Shown: one piece after another, positions 1 through 10,821 of the stretch
Numbering within the stretch: the stretch's first letter is position 1
Layout of the letters: every line of letters begins with the position of its first letter
Assembly: GCA_034530875.2 (NCBI GenBank)
Contig: JAVRCJ020000020.1
Span: forward strand, 1-64,000
Direction of reading: 5' to 3'
DNA: 64,000 bases
Source of the DNA: Nostoc sp. DedSLP01
Lineage (GTDB): Bacteria > Cyanobacteriota > Cyanobacteriia > Cyanobacteriales > Nostocaceae
The notes under the pieces: model-generated
The model's database searches: none
What the model was told of the DNA's origin: nothing
Seen by the model: the letters and a program-made list of their open reading frames with translations, nothing else
Made by a program: the position numbers and the translations under genes

Positions 1-71
1 CTACCTTATTTTCATCAAGGTTTACGTGCTATGGCTCTTATCCAGTCTGCTTTATAGGCTCTTTGTCACCC

Positions 72-518
72 CTTCAGCTAACTCCTGCAAATGTTGATGA
101 CCGTCAACCAGTCCCACAGATGACTAAGGACTTGATTGGTAACGCCAGTTGCTTCAAGTCGGCAGAGCCGCCCAACGCACTGGCTCAACTTTTTGGTGAC
201 AGGGGATATATATCACAAAAACTTTTTGAAGAACTATATCAACGAGGGTTACAGTTAGTTACTAAATCTAAAAAGAAGATGAAAAACCGTTTGGTAAAAA
301 TGATTGATAAAATTCTTTTACGCAAACGGGCAGTAATTGAGTCGGTCAATGACCATCTGAAAAATATGTGTCAAATTGAACACTCTCGCCATCGTAGTGT
401 ATTTAACTTTTTGGTCAATCTGATGGGTGGTTTGGCTGCTTATACCTATTTGCCCAAAAAACCCTCTATTGATATTTACCCAAAAGATTTGCTTGCTCTA
501 CCTCCTGCCATTTTTTAG
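72..518 (+). pseudogene. IS982-family transposase, C-terminal fragment (5' truncated, carries a 45-bp in-frame repeat insertion)
   Basis: The motifs QLTPANVDDR, LFGDRGYIS, KRAVIESVNDHLKN and IEHSRHRS are typical of IS982 DDE transposases. Resemblance stops upstream of about nt 72, so the N-terminal half is missing. Confidence 0.85.
142..186 (+). repeat. Small dispersed repeat (SDR-like structured element, ~45 bp), copy 1
   Basis: acgccagttgcttcaagtcggcagagccgcccaacgcactggctc has two nested stems. A related copy lies at 54960-55003. Confidence 0.8.
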
Positions 519-522
519 TTCT

Positions 523-623
523 GTTGAACTCATGTAATCTTTGCGATCGCCCTTTAGTACCCTGTTTCTCGCGCTTTATATCTAGCAAGCTTTTTGGCTT
601 TTTCTAACAGTCGAACTCACGTT
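523..623 (+). mobile_element. Probable IS982 right terminal inverted repeat, two copies (gttgaactcatgt 523-535 degenerate; gtcgaactcacgtt 610-623)
   Basis: Two similar 13-14 nt motifs directly downstream of the transposase stop. They match the recalled cyanobacterial IS982 end GTCGAACTCACGTT. Confidence 0.55.
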
Positions 624-676
624 ATGTTAATAACGAAGCAAGTTTAAATATTAGTGCGATCGCTAAAAACGAAATT

Positions 677-703
677 GTAGAGACGTTGCATTGCAACGTC
701 TCC
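677..703. repeat. REP-like palindrome GTAGAGACGTTGCA-T-TGCAACGTCTCC
   Basis: Near-perfect inverted repeat starting with GTAG, just beyond the 3' end of the minus-strand kinase gene. Confidence 0.75.
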
Positions 704-708
704 ATTGC

Positions 709-2700
709 CTAAGATTTGATAACACCCTTAGGGCTTGTAACCTTTTCCACAAGAATACTGTGTAAAGTCTGCAACAACTCCTTAGTCGTATATGGCTTAG
801 GAATAAACTTTTTGATTCCAGGTATTTTAATCAGTTTATCGTTAACATTCAAACCGCTAACAGCAACAATTTTGACCTGAGAATTCATTTTTTGCAGTGT
901 GCTAATTGCAGTAGCACCATCCATTGCTGGCATCATCATATCCATCAACACGACGCTAATTTCATCTTCATATTGAGCATACATAGCGATCGCTTCAATT
1001 CCATCACTCGCCGTCAGTACTCTGTAATTGTAGATTTCTAACGAGATTTTGGTAGTTTCTAAAATTCCGATTTCGTCATCGACAACTAAAATTGATTCTC
1101 CGTTACCTTTGAGCAATTCCAAGTCTTCATCTAAGGGTGTTTTTGCTACTTCTACTGCTGGCAAGTAAACTTTAAATTCCGTGCCTTTGCCGACTTGACT
1201 AGCCACAGTTATAAAACCACCGTGACTTTGAATAATACCCCTAACAGTAGACAGACCCAATCCCGTACCTTTGCCGATTTCTTTAGTAGTAAAGAATGGC
1301 TCGAAAATTCTGTCAAGAATCTCTGGCGGCATCCCCACGCCTGTATCTGCAACAGTAATCATAATATAAGGGCCAACACGCGCATCAAGATTCATGCGTG
1401 CATACTGTTTATCAATAAACATATTTTCCGCACAAATCCTAATCTGACCGCCTCTAGGCATTGCATCGCGGGCATTAACTACTAAGTTCATCATTAGTTG
1501 ATGTAGGTGCGTTGCATCGCTAATTACAGCCCAAAGTCCCGGCTGAATATGCGTTGCTAGTTCAATAGATTTCGGAAAAGTTTCTTGAACAATTTGCTGA
1601 ATTTCTGAGAATAAATGATTTACCTGAACGACAGTACGCTGTCCTTCGACTCCTCGCGCAAATTGCAAGACTTGCTTAACTAAAGAAGCCCCACGTTTAG
1701 AATTATTTTCTATCGTTTTCAACATCTGTTGATTGCGTTCGTTAGTATCGGACATTTTGAGTTGCAACAGTTGTGCTGCTGTCAAAATAGGAGTCAAAAT
1801 ATTGTTGAGGTCATGAGCTATACCGCTAGCTAGGGTGCCAATACTTTCTAAACGTTGCGCTCGTAAAATTTGATTTTCTAAATGTTTTTTTTCGGTAATA
1901 TCAGTATTTACCGTTAAAATTGATTTTGGTCGCCCGTTGCGATCGTGCATTAAAGTCCAACGACTGGCAACAATAATATCTCGTCCTTGTTTATTAATCT
2001 GATGTAATTCACCCTGCCAAAAACCAGACTCAGCTATAGTTGCAGAAATTTCTTGGATTTGAGATAAGTGTTCTGGCAGATATAAAATGTGATTGACATT
2101 CATACCAAGTACTTCGCTGGCTTTCCAGCCATACAAATTCTCAGCACCTTGGTTCCAATAACGGATTTGATTGCCAAAATCTCTCACAAGAATGGCATCG
2201 CTGGTAATATCCAATAAAGCAGCTTGTTCGCGGATTTTTTCTTCAACTCGCAAGCGTTCGGCAATTTCGCTCTCCAAGCGTAAATTTTGTTCTTGCAGGG
2301 TTTTTGTCAGAGTCCGCAGCTTGAGATGAAGTTGAACTCTTGCTAAAACTTCTTGATGCTGAAGCGGTTTAGTCAGATAATCTACGGCACCCAAATCAAA
2401 GCCCTTAACTTTATCTACTGTTTCCGAAAGTGCAGTCATGAAAATGACAGGAATCTCTCGAGTTAATTCGCTTTTTTTTAGTAGACGGCAAGTTTCAAAA
2501 CCATCCATTCCCGGCATGAGGATGTCTAATAAAATTAAGTCAGGCGGGGCATATTCGGCTCTAGCGATCGCACTTTCACCATCTTCAGCAATCAAAACCG
2601 TAAAACCAGCTTGACCTAAAAAATCAAACAGCATTTCTAAATTGATAGGAGTGTCATCAACAATTAAGATGACACTCGATTTATGAAAGTCATTTTTCAT
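709..2700 (-). CDS. Hybrid sensor histidine kinase (REC-PAS-HisKA-HATPase-REC)
   Basis: N-terminal receiver (ILIVDD...LLDILMP), PAS region, H-box GIAHDLNN, N-box NARDAM, G-boxes FFTTK/GTGLGL and a C-terminal receiver. The start overlaps the upstream gene's stop (ATGA). Confidence 0.95.
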   Translation of the reverse strand: MKNDFHKSSVILIVDDTPINLEMLFDFLGQAGFTVLIAEDGESAIARAEYAPPDLILLDILMPGMDGFETCRLLKKSELTREIPVIFMTALSETVDKVKGFDLGAVDYLTKPLQHQEVLARVQLHLKLRTLTKTLQEQNLRLESEIAERLRVEEKIREQAALLDITSDAILVRDFGNQIRYWNQGAENLYGWKASEVLGMNVNHILYLPEHLSQIQEISATIAESGFWQGELHQINKQGRDIIVASRWTLMHDRNGRPKSILTVNTDITEKKHLENQILRAQRLESIGTLASGIAHDLNNILTPILTAAQLLQLKMSDTNERNQQMLKTIENNSKRGASLVKQVLQFARGVEGQRTVVQVNHLFSEIQQIVQETFPKSIELATHIQPGLWAVISDATHLHQLMMNLVVNARDAMPRGGQIRICAENMFIDKQYARMNLDARVGPYIMITVADTGVGMPPEILDRIFEPFFTTKEIGKGTGLGLSTVRGIIQSHGGFITVASQVGKGTEFKVYLPAVEVAKTPLDEDLELLKGNGESILVVDDEIGILETTKISLEIYNYRVLTASDGIEAIAMYAQYEDEISVVLMDMMMPAMDGATAISTLQKMNSQVKIVAVSGLNVNDKLIKIPGIKKFIPKPYTTKELLQTLHSILVEKVTSPKGVIKS

Positions 2701-5700
2701 ACTACCTCAGAATACTTCTGGAGAAACTCCAATATTTGTTTCCCTTTAAAACCTTTCGCTAGTTGATACAAATGACTAGCAAAAGGACGCAACTCCTCAT
2801 GCATTTCTTCTAGTATTACAGCTCGTTGAGCAATACTTTTTAAATCCCCCCGCATCGCTAAATCTAACAAAATTGCGAGTTCGCTTGCTGAAGGAGGGAC
2901 AATAGCAGTATTAGATGCCAAATATAAAGTATTAGTTAAATTTTTCTTTTCATCCTGTATCTCTCTTACCTTACCTTTATCTTCATACACCCATTCTAAT
3001 CCCAAGTAAATCTGTAACTTTTCTAAAAGTTCGGCTTTTTTGATTGGTTTTGAGAGAAAATCATCACACCCTACTTTGCGACTTTCTTGCTGATTAAATT
3101 CAAACACACTAGCTGAGACAGCAATAATTATCGTTTTCTTCAATTTTTGTAGCACTCTGAGGCGACGGGTAGCTTCAAATCCGTCCATTTTTGTCATTAC
3201 CAAGTCCATCAAAATCAAGTCTGGTTGAAATTCCGGAACTTTGCGCAGACAATCTAAACCATCAGTTGCTTCTAAAACTTGAAAACCTAAAGGTTCTAAT
3301 ATATTAACTAATACAGAGCGATTTTCCCATTTATCATCCACTACTATAATTTTACGTTTAGTGCCGGAAAAACCAATAATGTTAAATTCATTAACATTAA
3401 TTTTTGTTTGTTGAACAACTTCTGATAATTCTAAATCTAGCCAAAAAACGCTACCTTTCCCTAACTCACTGGTAACATGTAATTCACTCCCCATCATCTG
3501 TATCAATTGGCGGCTAATAGCTAAACCTAATCCAGTTCCTTCTATTTTGAGACTATCTTCACCTACTTGCTTGAAAGGTAAAAATATCTCTTCTAATTGC
3601 TCTGGAGCAATACCAATTCCTGTATCTTCTACTTGAAATCGAATTTTGCAGTTTGATAATTGACTAGTACATTTACCTGTATCAATTATCCAATCTCCAT
3701 CAGGATTGACATACCCTACTTTAAAAGTAATATTACCTTTTTTAGTAAACTTAACTGCATTACTTAATAAATTAATCAGAACTTGACGTAGGCGTTTATC
3801 ATCAGCACAAACCCGGCTAGGTAGTGGATGTAAAGGTTGATAAATTAAGCTAATTCCCTTATTTTCGGCTCGGATACGACAAATTTCTACTATTCCTTCC
3901 AAAAAAGCCGGAAGATTAAAGTCTTGTAAATAAAGCTCCATTTTACGAGCTTCTATTTTGGAGATGTCTAAAATATCATTAATCAATGTGAGTAGGTGTT
4001 CGCCACATTGATGTATAATATTTACTCCATTCTTTTGTTGAGTACTTAAAGATTTATCTGCTTGGAAAATTTGAGTATAACCCAAAATACCATTGAGTGG
4101 GGTTCGGAGTTCATGACTCATATTGGCGAGAAATTCACTCTTGGCACGGTTGGCAGATGCGGCTATCTCTTCAGCTTTTTGGCGTTCGCTAATTTGTTGT
4201 TGTAATTCTAAATTTTTCTCTTGTAATTCTAGAGTGCGCTCTTTAACTTTGATTTCTAATGTCCGATTATATTCTTCTAGATCGTTATAAAGTCGGGCAT
4301 TTTCTAATGAGATTGCTGCTTGTGATGATAAAAGTTGTAAAACTTCTAAACGTTCTGGTGTAAATGCCCCAGCGATCAATTTATTTTCTAAGTAAAGAAT
4401 GCCAATCAGCTTACCTTGATGAATAATCGGGCTGCATAAAATAGATTTTGGTTGATACCGAACAATATAGCTATCCGCTGTAAATCCTCCTTCAGAAGTA
4501 GCATCGTTGAGTACAATACTTTCTTGAGTTCGATGTACGTAATTAATAATATATTTAGGTATTTGCTGGCTCAATTCTACAGGAGTTGATTGCTGCACGT
4601 TAATTTCAGTTTGTCCAAAACTACCTGAAGCTTCGATAAATAAGTTACCTGCTCTTTCCAAAATTAAAAATCCTGCTTCTGCCCCTGCATTCTCTAAGAG
4701 AATTTGCATCAATTTAGCTAGCAATTTCTCTAAAACAATTTCTCCAGAAACCGCTTGTGAAACTTTGATAACTGTGGCTAAATCAAACGATTCGCTAATG
4801 CTGGAATTTAGAGACTGTATGAGTTGATTCTTTTCTTGTTTGTGGTTTTTTTGTTCTGACAGTCGGGCAAAAATTTGGGGGTATTTGACTTCTAAATCTT
4901 TCAGCTTTGCTGTTGCTCCCCAGTTACTATATCCATAATAAGCATCAGCAAGGTAAGTTTGAGCTACCTTTTCTCTACCGCACTCAAAATAAAACTTTGC
5001 TGCTAGTTCGTTGGCAAGAGCCTCTTCTTGGATGTATCCTTGTTCCTTCGCTCCAGCAATAGCTCGGTCATAATATTCCATTGCTTGCCAATATTGCCCT
5101 AAAACTCGTGCTTTCTCTGCCTCTACTAGGTAATATTTATGCTGAAAATTCATCGGAGCATTGTTTGCCCACATTTGCATTTTTTCTTGATTATTAGTTA
5201 CTTTATTTACCAAATGTTGTCGCTGTTCATTTGATGAGAGTTGGTAAATTGCTAGTTGTGCCAGAGAATCATAAAAATAAAATACTGGTACATCCAAAAA
5301 TGCTTTAACTCCATCCAAATACTGTTCGGCTTGTACTGCATTTGCTGCTGCTTGCTGATACTCGCCAAATAAATAACAAAGAATCAGTTTATTTAAATAA
5401 AAATAGTGCAGCCCAGTTCTAGCATTAGCTGTTTGCAGTAACGGCAATGATTCATTTTCATTGAAGACTTCACCTATTAAGCAGCATTGATTTACAGCAG
5501 GATCGAGTAAGTTCAGAACTGACTGATGAAAAATATTATTCCAACTGAGGGTATTTTCTTGCTTAAGGAGAGCTAGAACATCACTAATTGCTGCAATTTC
5601 TTTTTCTAGATTCGGTAATTCTTCTCCGAGAAAATACAAATGCTGGCATTTTTGATTAGCAGCATAACAGCCATACTCAAACTGCCCATTTTCGAGTCCG

Positions 5701-8700
5701 CTAGAGTAAGCATTCTCTAAAAATGGTAACGTTTCCTTAGCATGGACTTTGCCATGCATCGTACATGATGCCGCGACAAAAAATATACTTGTCTTCAGTT
5801 CTACAACGTTTAATTTTTCAACTAAATCGAATGCTAATTTACCAAATTTATAAGCTGAATCTATATCTTGAATAATACTGTTTAAAATTACTCCATAGCA
5901 AACATAACCATAAGCTGAAAAAGGAGCATTTCCATAATGAATAGATAAATTTACCTGTTCGCATACTACCAGAGGGAACAACGCAGAAGCAGCTTGATAA
6001 GTAGATGAACCCATACTAGTTAACATCCTAATCGCTGCTAATTTGTCTACATCTGTCATTAACGGTAGATTAATCAGGTCTTCTATTTTTTTTGTTGCTA
6101 AATTAGTGGCAGTTCGATCGAGAGTTTGTTGAATATCTGCTAAGTTAGGCGACTTAGGAAACCTAATGCCTAGTAATTCTAAAGATTCCAAACCAATTTT
6201 AAGTGCTTCAGTTGGTCTGAGTTGCGCCATAGAAGCTTGAATTTTTACCTCATAAATTTTCATTTTATGGAGAGGAATTTTTGCATATTGGAGAATGATG
6301 TTGCCCCATTTCTCCATTTGCTTAAAATCACCGTTGAGGTAAGCTATTTCTACTGCTGATTCATAAATTGATAGTGCTAATTCGTATTGATTTTGCCAGC
6401 TATCTATTGTTAATAACTTCAAACCTTCTTTTAAATAGCGCATGGCAGATTCATAAGCCGCTGCTGCTTTTGCTTTCTGCCCGGCTATAAGATTGAGTTC
6501 GGCTAACTGATATTTTTCTGAATCTGAAGTTAATAAATCGATACCATGATTTAAATGATTTACTAACTCAAAGACATTTTCTTTTCGCTCTTCCGGAGAA
6601 CTGTTTTGCAGAAGTAATTGCCCAATTCTCAGGTGAGTTGCTTTTTTATCAATATCTGGAATCAAAGAATACGATGCTTGCTGGACGCGATCGTGCAAAA
6701 ATTTGTATGCAATTATTTGCTGTTTTTGCTCTATAATTAAATGTTCTATCTGTTCTCTAACAACCAGAGGTATTTTATAAGATGAACCTATAGGTAAAAC
6801 TAAACCTACTTGTAAGGCTTCCCATAGTTCTATCGCTGTTTCTGCCAAAGATTTTTCGTTAACGATGCTTAAAATATTTAAATTAAATTTATCGCCAATG
6901 CAAGCGGCTAATTTTAAAACTTTCTGTGTCGCTGGTAATAGTTTTTGAATTTGATTAACCATTAATTCCACGACATTATCAGTAATATCAATGTCTTCTA
7001 TTATTTCTAGATTCCACTCCCAAGAAGCTATATTAAAATTAAAAAATAATAAATTATCCTGATATAAAGATGCAAGCAGTTGAGTAACAAAAAAGGGATT
7101 TCCTTGAGTTTTAGAAAATACTAAGTCAGCTAGTTGGTTTGAGTTTTCTAGACAATTACGAAAAGTATCGTTAACTAATTGTTTGATATGCCCAATATCT
7201 AAAGGTTGGAGAACAATATGATTGACATTTGCAACAGATTTATGTAGTTGTTCTAGAGTTACTGTTAATGGATGAGTAGGACTGACTTCGTTATCTCGAT
7301 ATGCGCCTATAAGTAATAAATATTTACTCTCAGGATCGCTAATTAACATTTGAATAAACTTCAGAGAAGCTGCATCTGCCCACTGTAAGTCATCCAAAAA
7401 AATTACTAGTGGATGTTTGGCTTGAGAAAATACATGAATAAATTGTTGGAATAATCTATTAAAGCGGTTTTGAGCTTCGCTAATACCTAATTGTGGGATT
7501 GCAGGCTGAGAACCAATAATTTTTGCAACTTCAGGAATAACGTCAATAATAACTTGACCGTTAACACCAACTGCTTCTAAAATTTTTGTTTTCCAATCTG
7601 CTATTTTTTCAGCACTTTCTGTTAATATTTGCCGCATTAATTCTTGACAAGCCTGAATTAATGAAGCATAAGGAATATTACGTTTATACTGGTCAAATTT
7701 TCCGGAAATAAAATAACCACGCTGGCGGATAATGGGTTTATGAACTTCATTTATTAATGAAGATTTACCAATACCAGAATACCCACTAACTAGAATTAAC
7801 TCAGTTGCACCAGAACTCACTCGCTCAAAAGCATCCATTAATTTGGCTACTTCTTGCTCTCGACCGTAAAGCTTTTGGGGAATCAGAAATTGGCTATATA
7901 AATCTAGTTGACCGACAACAAAATTTTCAACTTTACCACTTCCTTGTAGTTGGCGCAAGCAGATTTCTAAATCAGCTTTTAATCCTAAGGCATTTTGATA
8001 TCTTTCCTCAGCAGTTTTAGCTAATAATTTCATCACAATATCAGAAACTGCTAGCGGTATTTGAGGATTTAATTCGTGAGGCGGAATTGGAATTTTAGCA
8101 ATGTGTGAGTGAATTAATTCTAAAGGATCGTCTGCTACAAAGGGCAGCTTGCTAGTTAGCATTTCGTAAAATGTCACACCTAAAGAGTAAAAATCAGTTC
8201 GATAGTCTATTGAACGGTTCATTCTCCCAGTTTGCTCGGGTGACATATAAGCTATACTGCCTTCTAGCAAATTGAGATCGTTAAGTATTTGATTTTCTCT
8301 AAATAGGCGCGATGCAATGCTAAAGTCGATAATTTTGATTTGATTGGTGTCGGAATTAATAAGAATATTATGGGGTTGAATATCTTTATGAATAAGATTA
8401 TTTTGATGTAGCTGATATAGTGTTGCAGCTAATTGAATAGCAATTTGTAAAAAGTTCTTTAATTCTAAATTCCGCCTGCTAATGATATCTTTTAGTGTTT
8501 CTCCCTCAAAATCCTGCAAAATCAGCGCTACACCATTTTGCGTGCTTTCTAAGGCTAGAGGTTGAATAACTTCTTCTATTTGTAGAGATTGCAGTATTTG
8601 ATACCCGTGTTTGATATGGGCAATTTGTTCTATGGTGGGATACTCAGCTTTTAGAGTTTTAATAATTACAGAAGTTTGCTCGGACTCTTTGAAAGCACGA

Positions 8701-8768
8701 TAAATGCAGGTATTTATACCATCAAAAATAACTTTGATGAGGTTGTAATCCGCAAGGATAATACTCAT
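2697..8768 (-). CDS. HstK-type multidomain kinase: Ser/Thr kinase-AAA ATPase-GAF-His kinase-REC
   Basis: [27 protein letters not shown] kinase motifs, P-loop GYSGIGKS, Walker B DDLQWAD, GAF, H-box MSHELRTPL, HATPase and receiver. Confidence 0.95.
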   Translation of the reverse strand: MSIILADYNLIKVIFDGINTCIYRAFKESEQTSVIIKTLKAEYPTIEQIAHIKHGYQILQSLQIEEVIQPLALESTQNGVALILQDFEGETLKDIISRRNLELKNFLQIAIQLAATLYQLHQNNLIHKDIQPHNILINSDTNQIKIIDFSIASRLFRENQILNDLNLLEGSIAYMSPEQTGRMNRSIDYRTDFYSLGVTFYEMLTSKLPFVADDPLELIHSHIAKIPIPPHELNPQIPLAVSDIVMKLLAKTAEERYQNALGLKADLEICLRQLQGSGKVENFVVGQLDLYSQFLIPQKLYGREQEVAKLMDAFERVSSGATELILVSGYSGIGKSSLINEVHKPIIRQRGYFISGKFDQYKRNIPYASLIQACQELMRQILTESAEKIADWKTKILEAVGVNGQVIIDVIPEVAKIIGSQPAIPQLGISEAQNRFNRLFQQFIHVFSQAKHPLVIFLDDLQWADAASLKFIQMLISDPESKYLLLIGAYRDNEVSPTHPLTVTLEQLHKSVANVNHIVLQPLDIGHIKQLVNDTFRNCLENSNQLADLVFSKTQGNPFFVTQLLASLYQDNLLFFNFNIASWEWNLEIIEDIDITDNVVELMVNQIQKLLPATQKVLKLAACIGDKFNLNILSIVNEKSLAETAIELWEALQVGLVLPIGSSYKIPLVVREQIEHLIIEQKQQIIAYKFLHDRVQQASYSLIPDIDKKATHLRIGQLLLQNSSPEERKENVFELVNHLNHGIDLLTSDSEKYQLAELNLIAGQKAKAAAAYESAMRYLKEGLKLLTIDSWQNQYELALSIYESAVEIAYLNGDFKQMEKWGNIILQYAKIPLHKMKIYEVKIQASMAQLRPTEALKIGLESLELLGIRFPKSPNLADIQQTLDRTATNLATKKIEDLINLPLMTDVDKLAAIRMLTSMGSSTYQAASALFPLVVCEQVNLSIHYGNAPFSAYGYVCYGVILNSIIQDIDSAYKFGKLAFDLVEKLNVVELKTSIFFVAASCTMHGKVHAKETLPFLENAYSSGLENGQFEYGCYAANQKCQHLYFLGEELPNLEKEIAAISDVLALLKQENTLSWNNIFHQSVLNLLDPAVNQCCLIGEVFNENESLPLLQTANARTGLHYFYLNKLILCYLFGEYQQAAANAVQAEQYLDGVKAFLDVPVFYFYDSLAQLAIYQLSSNEQRQHLVNKVTNNQEKMQMWANNAPMNFQHKYYLVEAEKARVLGQYWQAMEYYDRAIAGAKEQGYIQEEALANELAAKFYFECGREKVAQTYLADAYYGYSNWGATAKLKDLEVKYPQIFARLSEQKNHKQEKNQLIQSLNSSISESFDLATVIKVSQAVSGEIVLEKLLAKLMQILLENAGAEAGFLILERAGNLFIEASGSFGQTEINVQQSTPVELSQQIPKYIINYVHRTQESIVLNDATSEGGFTADSYIVRYQPKSILCSPIIHQGKLIGILYLENKLIAGAFTPERLEVLQLLSSQAAISLENARLYNDLEEYNRTLEIKVKERTLELQEKNLELQQQISERQKAEEIAASANRAKSEFLANMSHELRTPLNGILGYTQIFQADKSLSTQQKNGVNIIHQCGEHLLTLINDILDISKIEARKMELYLQDFNLPAFLEGIVEICRIRAENKGISLIYQPLHPLPSRVCADDKRLRQVLINLLSNAVKFTKKGNITFKVGYVNPDGDWIIDTGKCTSQLSNCKIRFQVEDTGIGIAPEQLEEIFLPFKQVGEDSLKIEGTGLGLAISRQLIQMMGSELHVTSELGKGSVFWLDLELSEVVQQTKINVNEFNIIGFSGTKRKIIVVDDKWENRSVLVNILEPLGFQVLEATDGLDCLRKVPEFQPDLILMDLVMTKMDGFEATRRLRVLQKLKKTIIIAVSASVFEFNQQESRKVGCDDFLSKPIKKAELLEKLQIYLGLEWVYEDKGKVREIQDEKKNLTNTLYLASNTAIVPPSASELAILLDLAMRGDLKSIAQRAVILEEMHEELRPFASHLYQLAKGFKGKQILEFLQKYSEVV

Positions 8769-9390
8769 GTTTATTCTGTCACTTGAGTGAGCTAAATTCT
8801 TAAATTGGCCAGAAAAACTAGCCGTGCTGTTGAAGAAGGGTTATTTAAATGGTTCCAGAATGCTTCTGATAGGTTATCGCTCGTTTTTTATATGTTGATG
8901 GTAAATAAGCTTGCTTACCTACCTACTCACTCTACTGCCAAGATTTTAAATTTTTTCTATCTAACCTACTGATTTTGGATTTTTACTCTATGAGTTTTAT
9001 CTCAATGTTAGATTTTACTGCGAATTAAATCAAAAATTGTCATTAATCTTTGACATATTAATAAGCATTAGATTTATTTATGCGATCGAAAGTCAAGGAA
9101 AGTAAAGCCTCAATCCGATAATATCGCAAAAACTAAAGCTTTAAAAAAGCTTATCCTGCTTATATTTTAAAATTTGCGACATCAAAACCACAAAAGCTTC
9201 TATTTATAACTAAAATCAAGTTATCCAACTTATTTTTCAGATTTTAGGCGATATTCGGTTGAATAGGAATTCATTATTGTATCTAAGTGCATTAGGGTAG
9301 CATAAGATAGCGATCGCACCTACAAAAATTTTGAGTCAGTTAGTATTTGCTGATTCAGCACCATCTCGAGTAAAGGGATAATATTGTCGT

Positions 9391-10821
9391 TTAAACTGAC
9401 GTATCAAAAATTACTGGTGCTGAAATTACACCTTTTGCTTCTAATACTGCTGCAACTTGTAAAATTAACGCTTCATTATATGGTGCTGCTATCAATTGTA
9501 CGCCTAAAGGTAAAGCATCCGGGCAGACAATTGGTACTGATAAAACAGGTAAACCAATAAAAGATAATGGTTGAGTAAATAGCCCTAAATGAGGACGAAT
9601 CAGAATTTCTTCACCGTCCAAAATCATAGTTTGTTGGCCAATTAGCGGGGCAGATATTGGTGTAGTTGGTGCAAGAATGATATCGACATTTTGAAAAACT
9701 TCTCGCACGCGATCGCGATACCATCTTCTAAAACGTTGTGCTTGCAGATACCAACTGCTAGGAATTAACGCCCCAGCCAAAAAGCGATCGCGCGTTGCTG
9801 GATCGAAATCCTCAGGACGCTTACGCAACTTATCTAAATGCAGATTTGCCCCCTCGCTGGCTGTAATCGCAAACGCTGCTGCACGGGCGCGGTGTGCTTC
9901 TGGTATGTTGACGTACTTAGTTACATTTAAAGCATCTGCAACTTTTTGGACTGCTGCTAAAGCTTGCGGTTGTGCGCCTTTAGTGAAATAATCGGCAGCG
10001 ATCGCAATTTTGATTGCAGAGATATCTTGATGTGGAGACGTTAAATGTAACGTTTTTACACGAGAACGCTGAGTACAAATTGGATCGCGATCGTCTTTGC
10101 CTTGTAACACGTCAAAAACCGCAGCGATATCCTGCACCGAACGCGCAAAAGCTCCAATATGGTCAAAACTGCTAGAGAATAAAGCTACCCCAGCGCGAGA
10201 CAACCTACCATAAGTCGGCTTCAAACCAAAAACCCCGCACAAGGCCGCCGGAACGCGAATCGAACCATTAGTATCAGAACCCAACGTCAGCGGTACTAAC
10301 CCACCAGCAACAGCCGCCGCCGAACCACCAGAGGAACCCCCAGCAACTCGTAGTAAATCATGGGGATTGCGAGTAGCACCATAATGAGAATTTTCGGTTA
10401 CAAACCCATAAGCGTACTCATCCATATTCAAAGCACCAAGCAGCACTGCACCAGCTTGTTTCAACTTTGCCACTGCGGTTGCATCTTGAGTTGCTGCTGG
10501 ATTTTCTGCATTGATTTTCGATCCGGCCAAAGTTGTGATACCAGCAATATCAAAAAGATTTTTTACAGCAAAAGGTACGCCAGCAAATATTCCAGGGTTT
10601 CTACCTTGGGCAATTTCGCTGTCAATACGTGCAGCATCAGCCAAAGCAGCCTCAGCAGTTATAGTTGTAAAACAGTTGAATAGATGATTCCGCATTGCTA
10701 TTCGCGCTAACGCAGCCTTGGTAACATCCACTGCGCTAACATTGCCTTCACGTATAGCATTTGATGTTGTGATGGCATCGACTGAATCAAAATTGATGCT
10801 GGAATATTTAGGAGATTGCAC
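9391..10821 (-). CDS. atzE: AtzE-family amidase (amidase signature superfamily)
   Basis: AVKNLFD, GGSSGGSAAAVA and LGSDTNGSIRVPA amidase signature, with an AtzG-like small gene nearby. The exact start codon is uncertain. Confidence 0.85.
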   Translation of the reverse strand: MQSPKYSSINFDSVDAITTSNAIREGNVSAVDVTKAALARIAMRNHLFNCFTTITAEAALADAARIDSEIAQGRNPGIFAGVPFAVKNLFDIAGITTLAGSKINAENPAATQDATAVAKLKQAGAVLLGALNMDEYAYGFVTENSHYGATRNPHDLLRVAGGSSGGSAAAVAGGLVPLTLGSDTNGSIRVPAALCGVFGLKPTYGRLSRAGVALFSSSFDHIGAFARSVQDIAAVFDVLQGKDDRDPICTQRSRVKTLHLTSPHQDISAIKIAIAADYFTKGAQPQALAAVQKVADALNVTKYVNIPEAHRARAAAFAITASEGANLHLDKLRKRPEDFDPATRDRFLAGALIPSSWYLQAQRFRRWYRDRVREVFQNVDIILAPTTPISAPLIGQQTMILDGEEILIRPHLGLFTQPLSFIGLPVLSVPIVCPDALPLGVQLIAAPYNEALILQVAAVLEAKGVISAPVIFDTSV

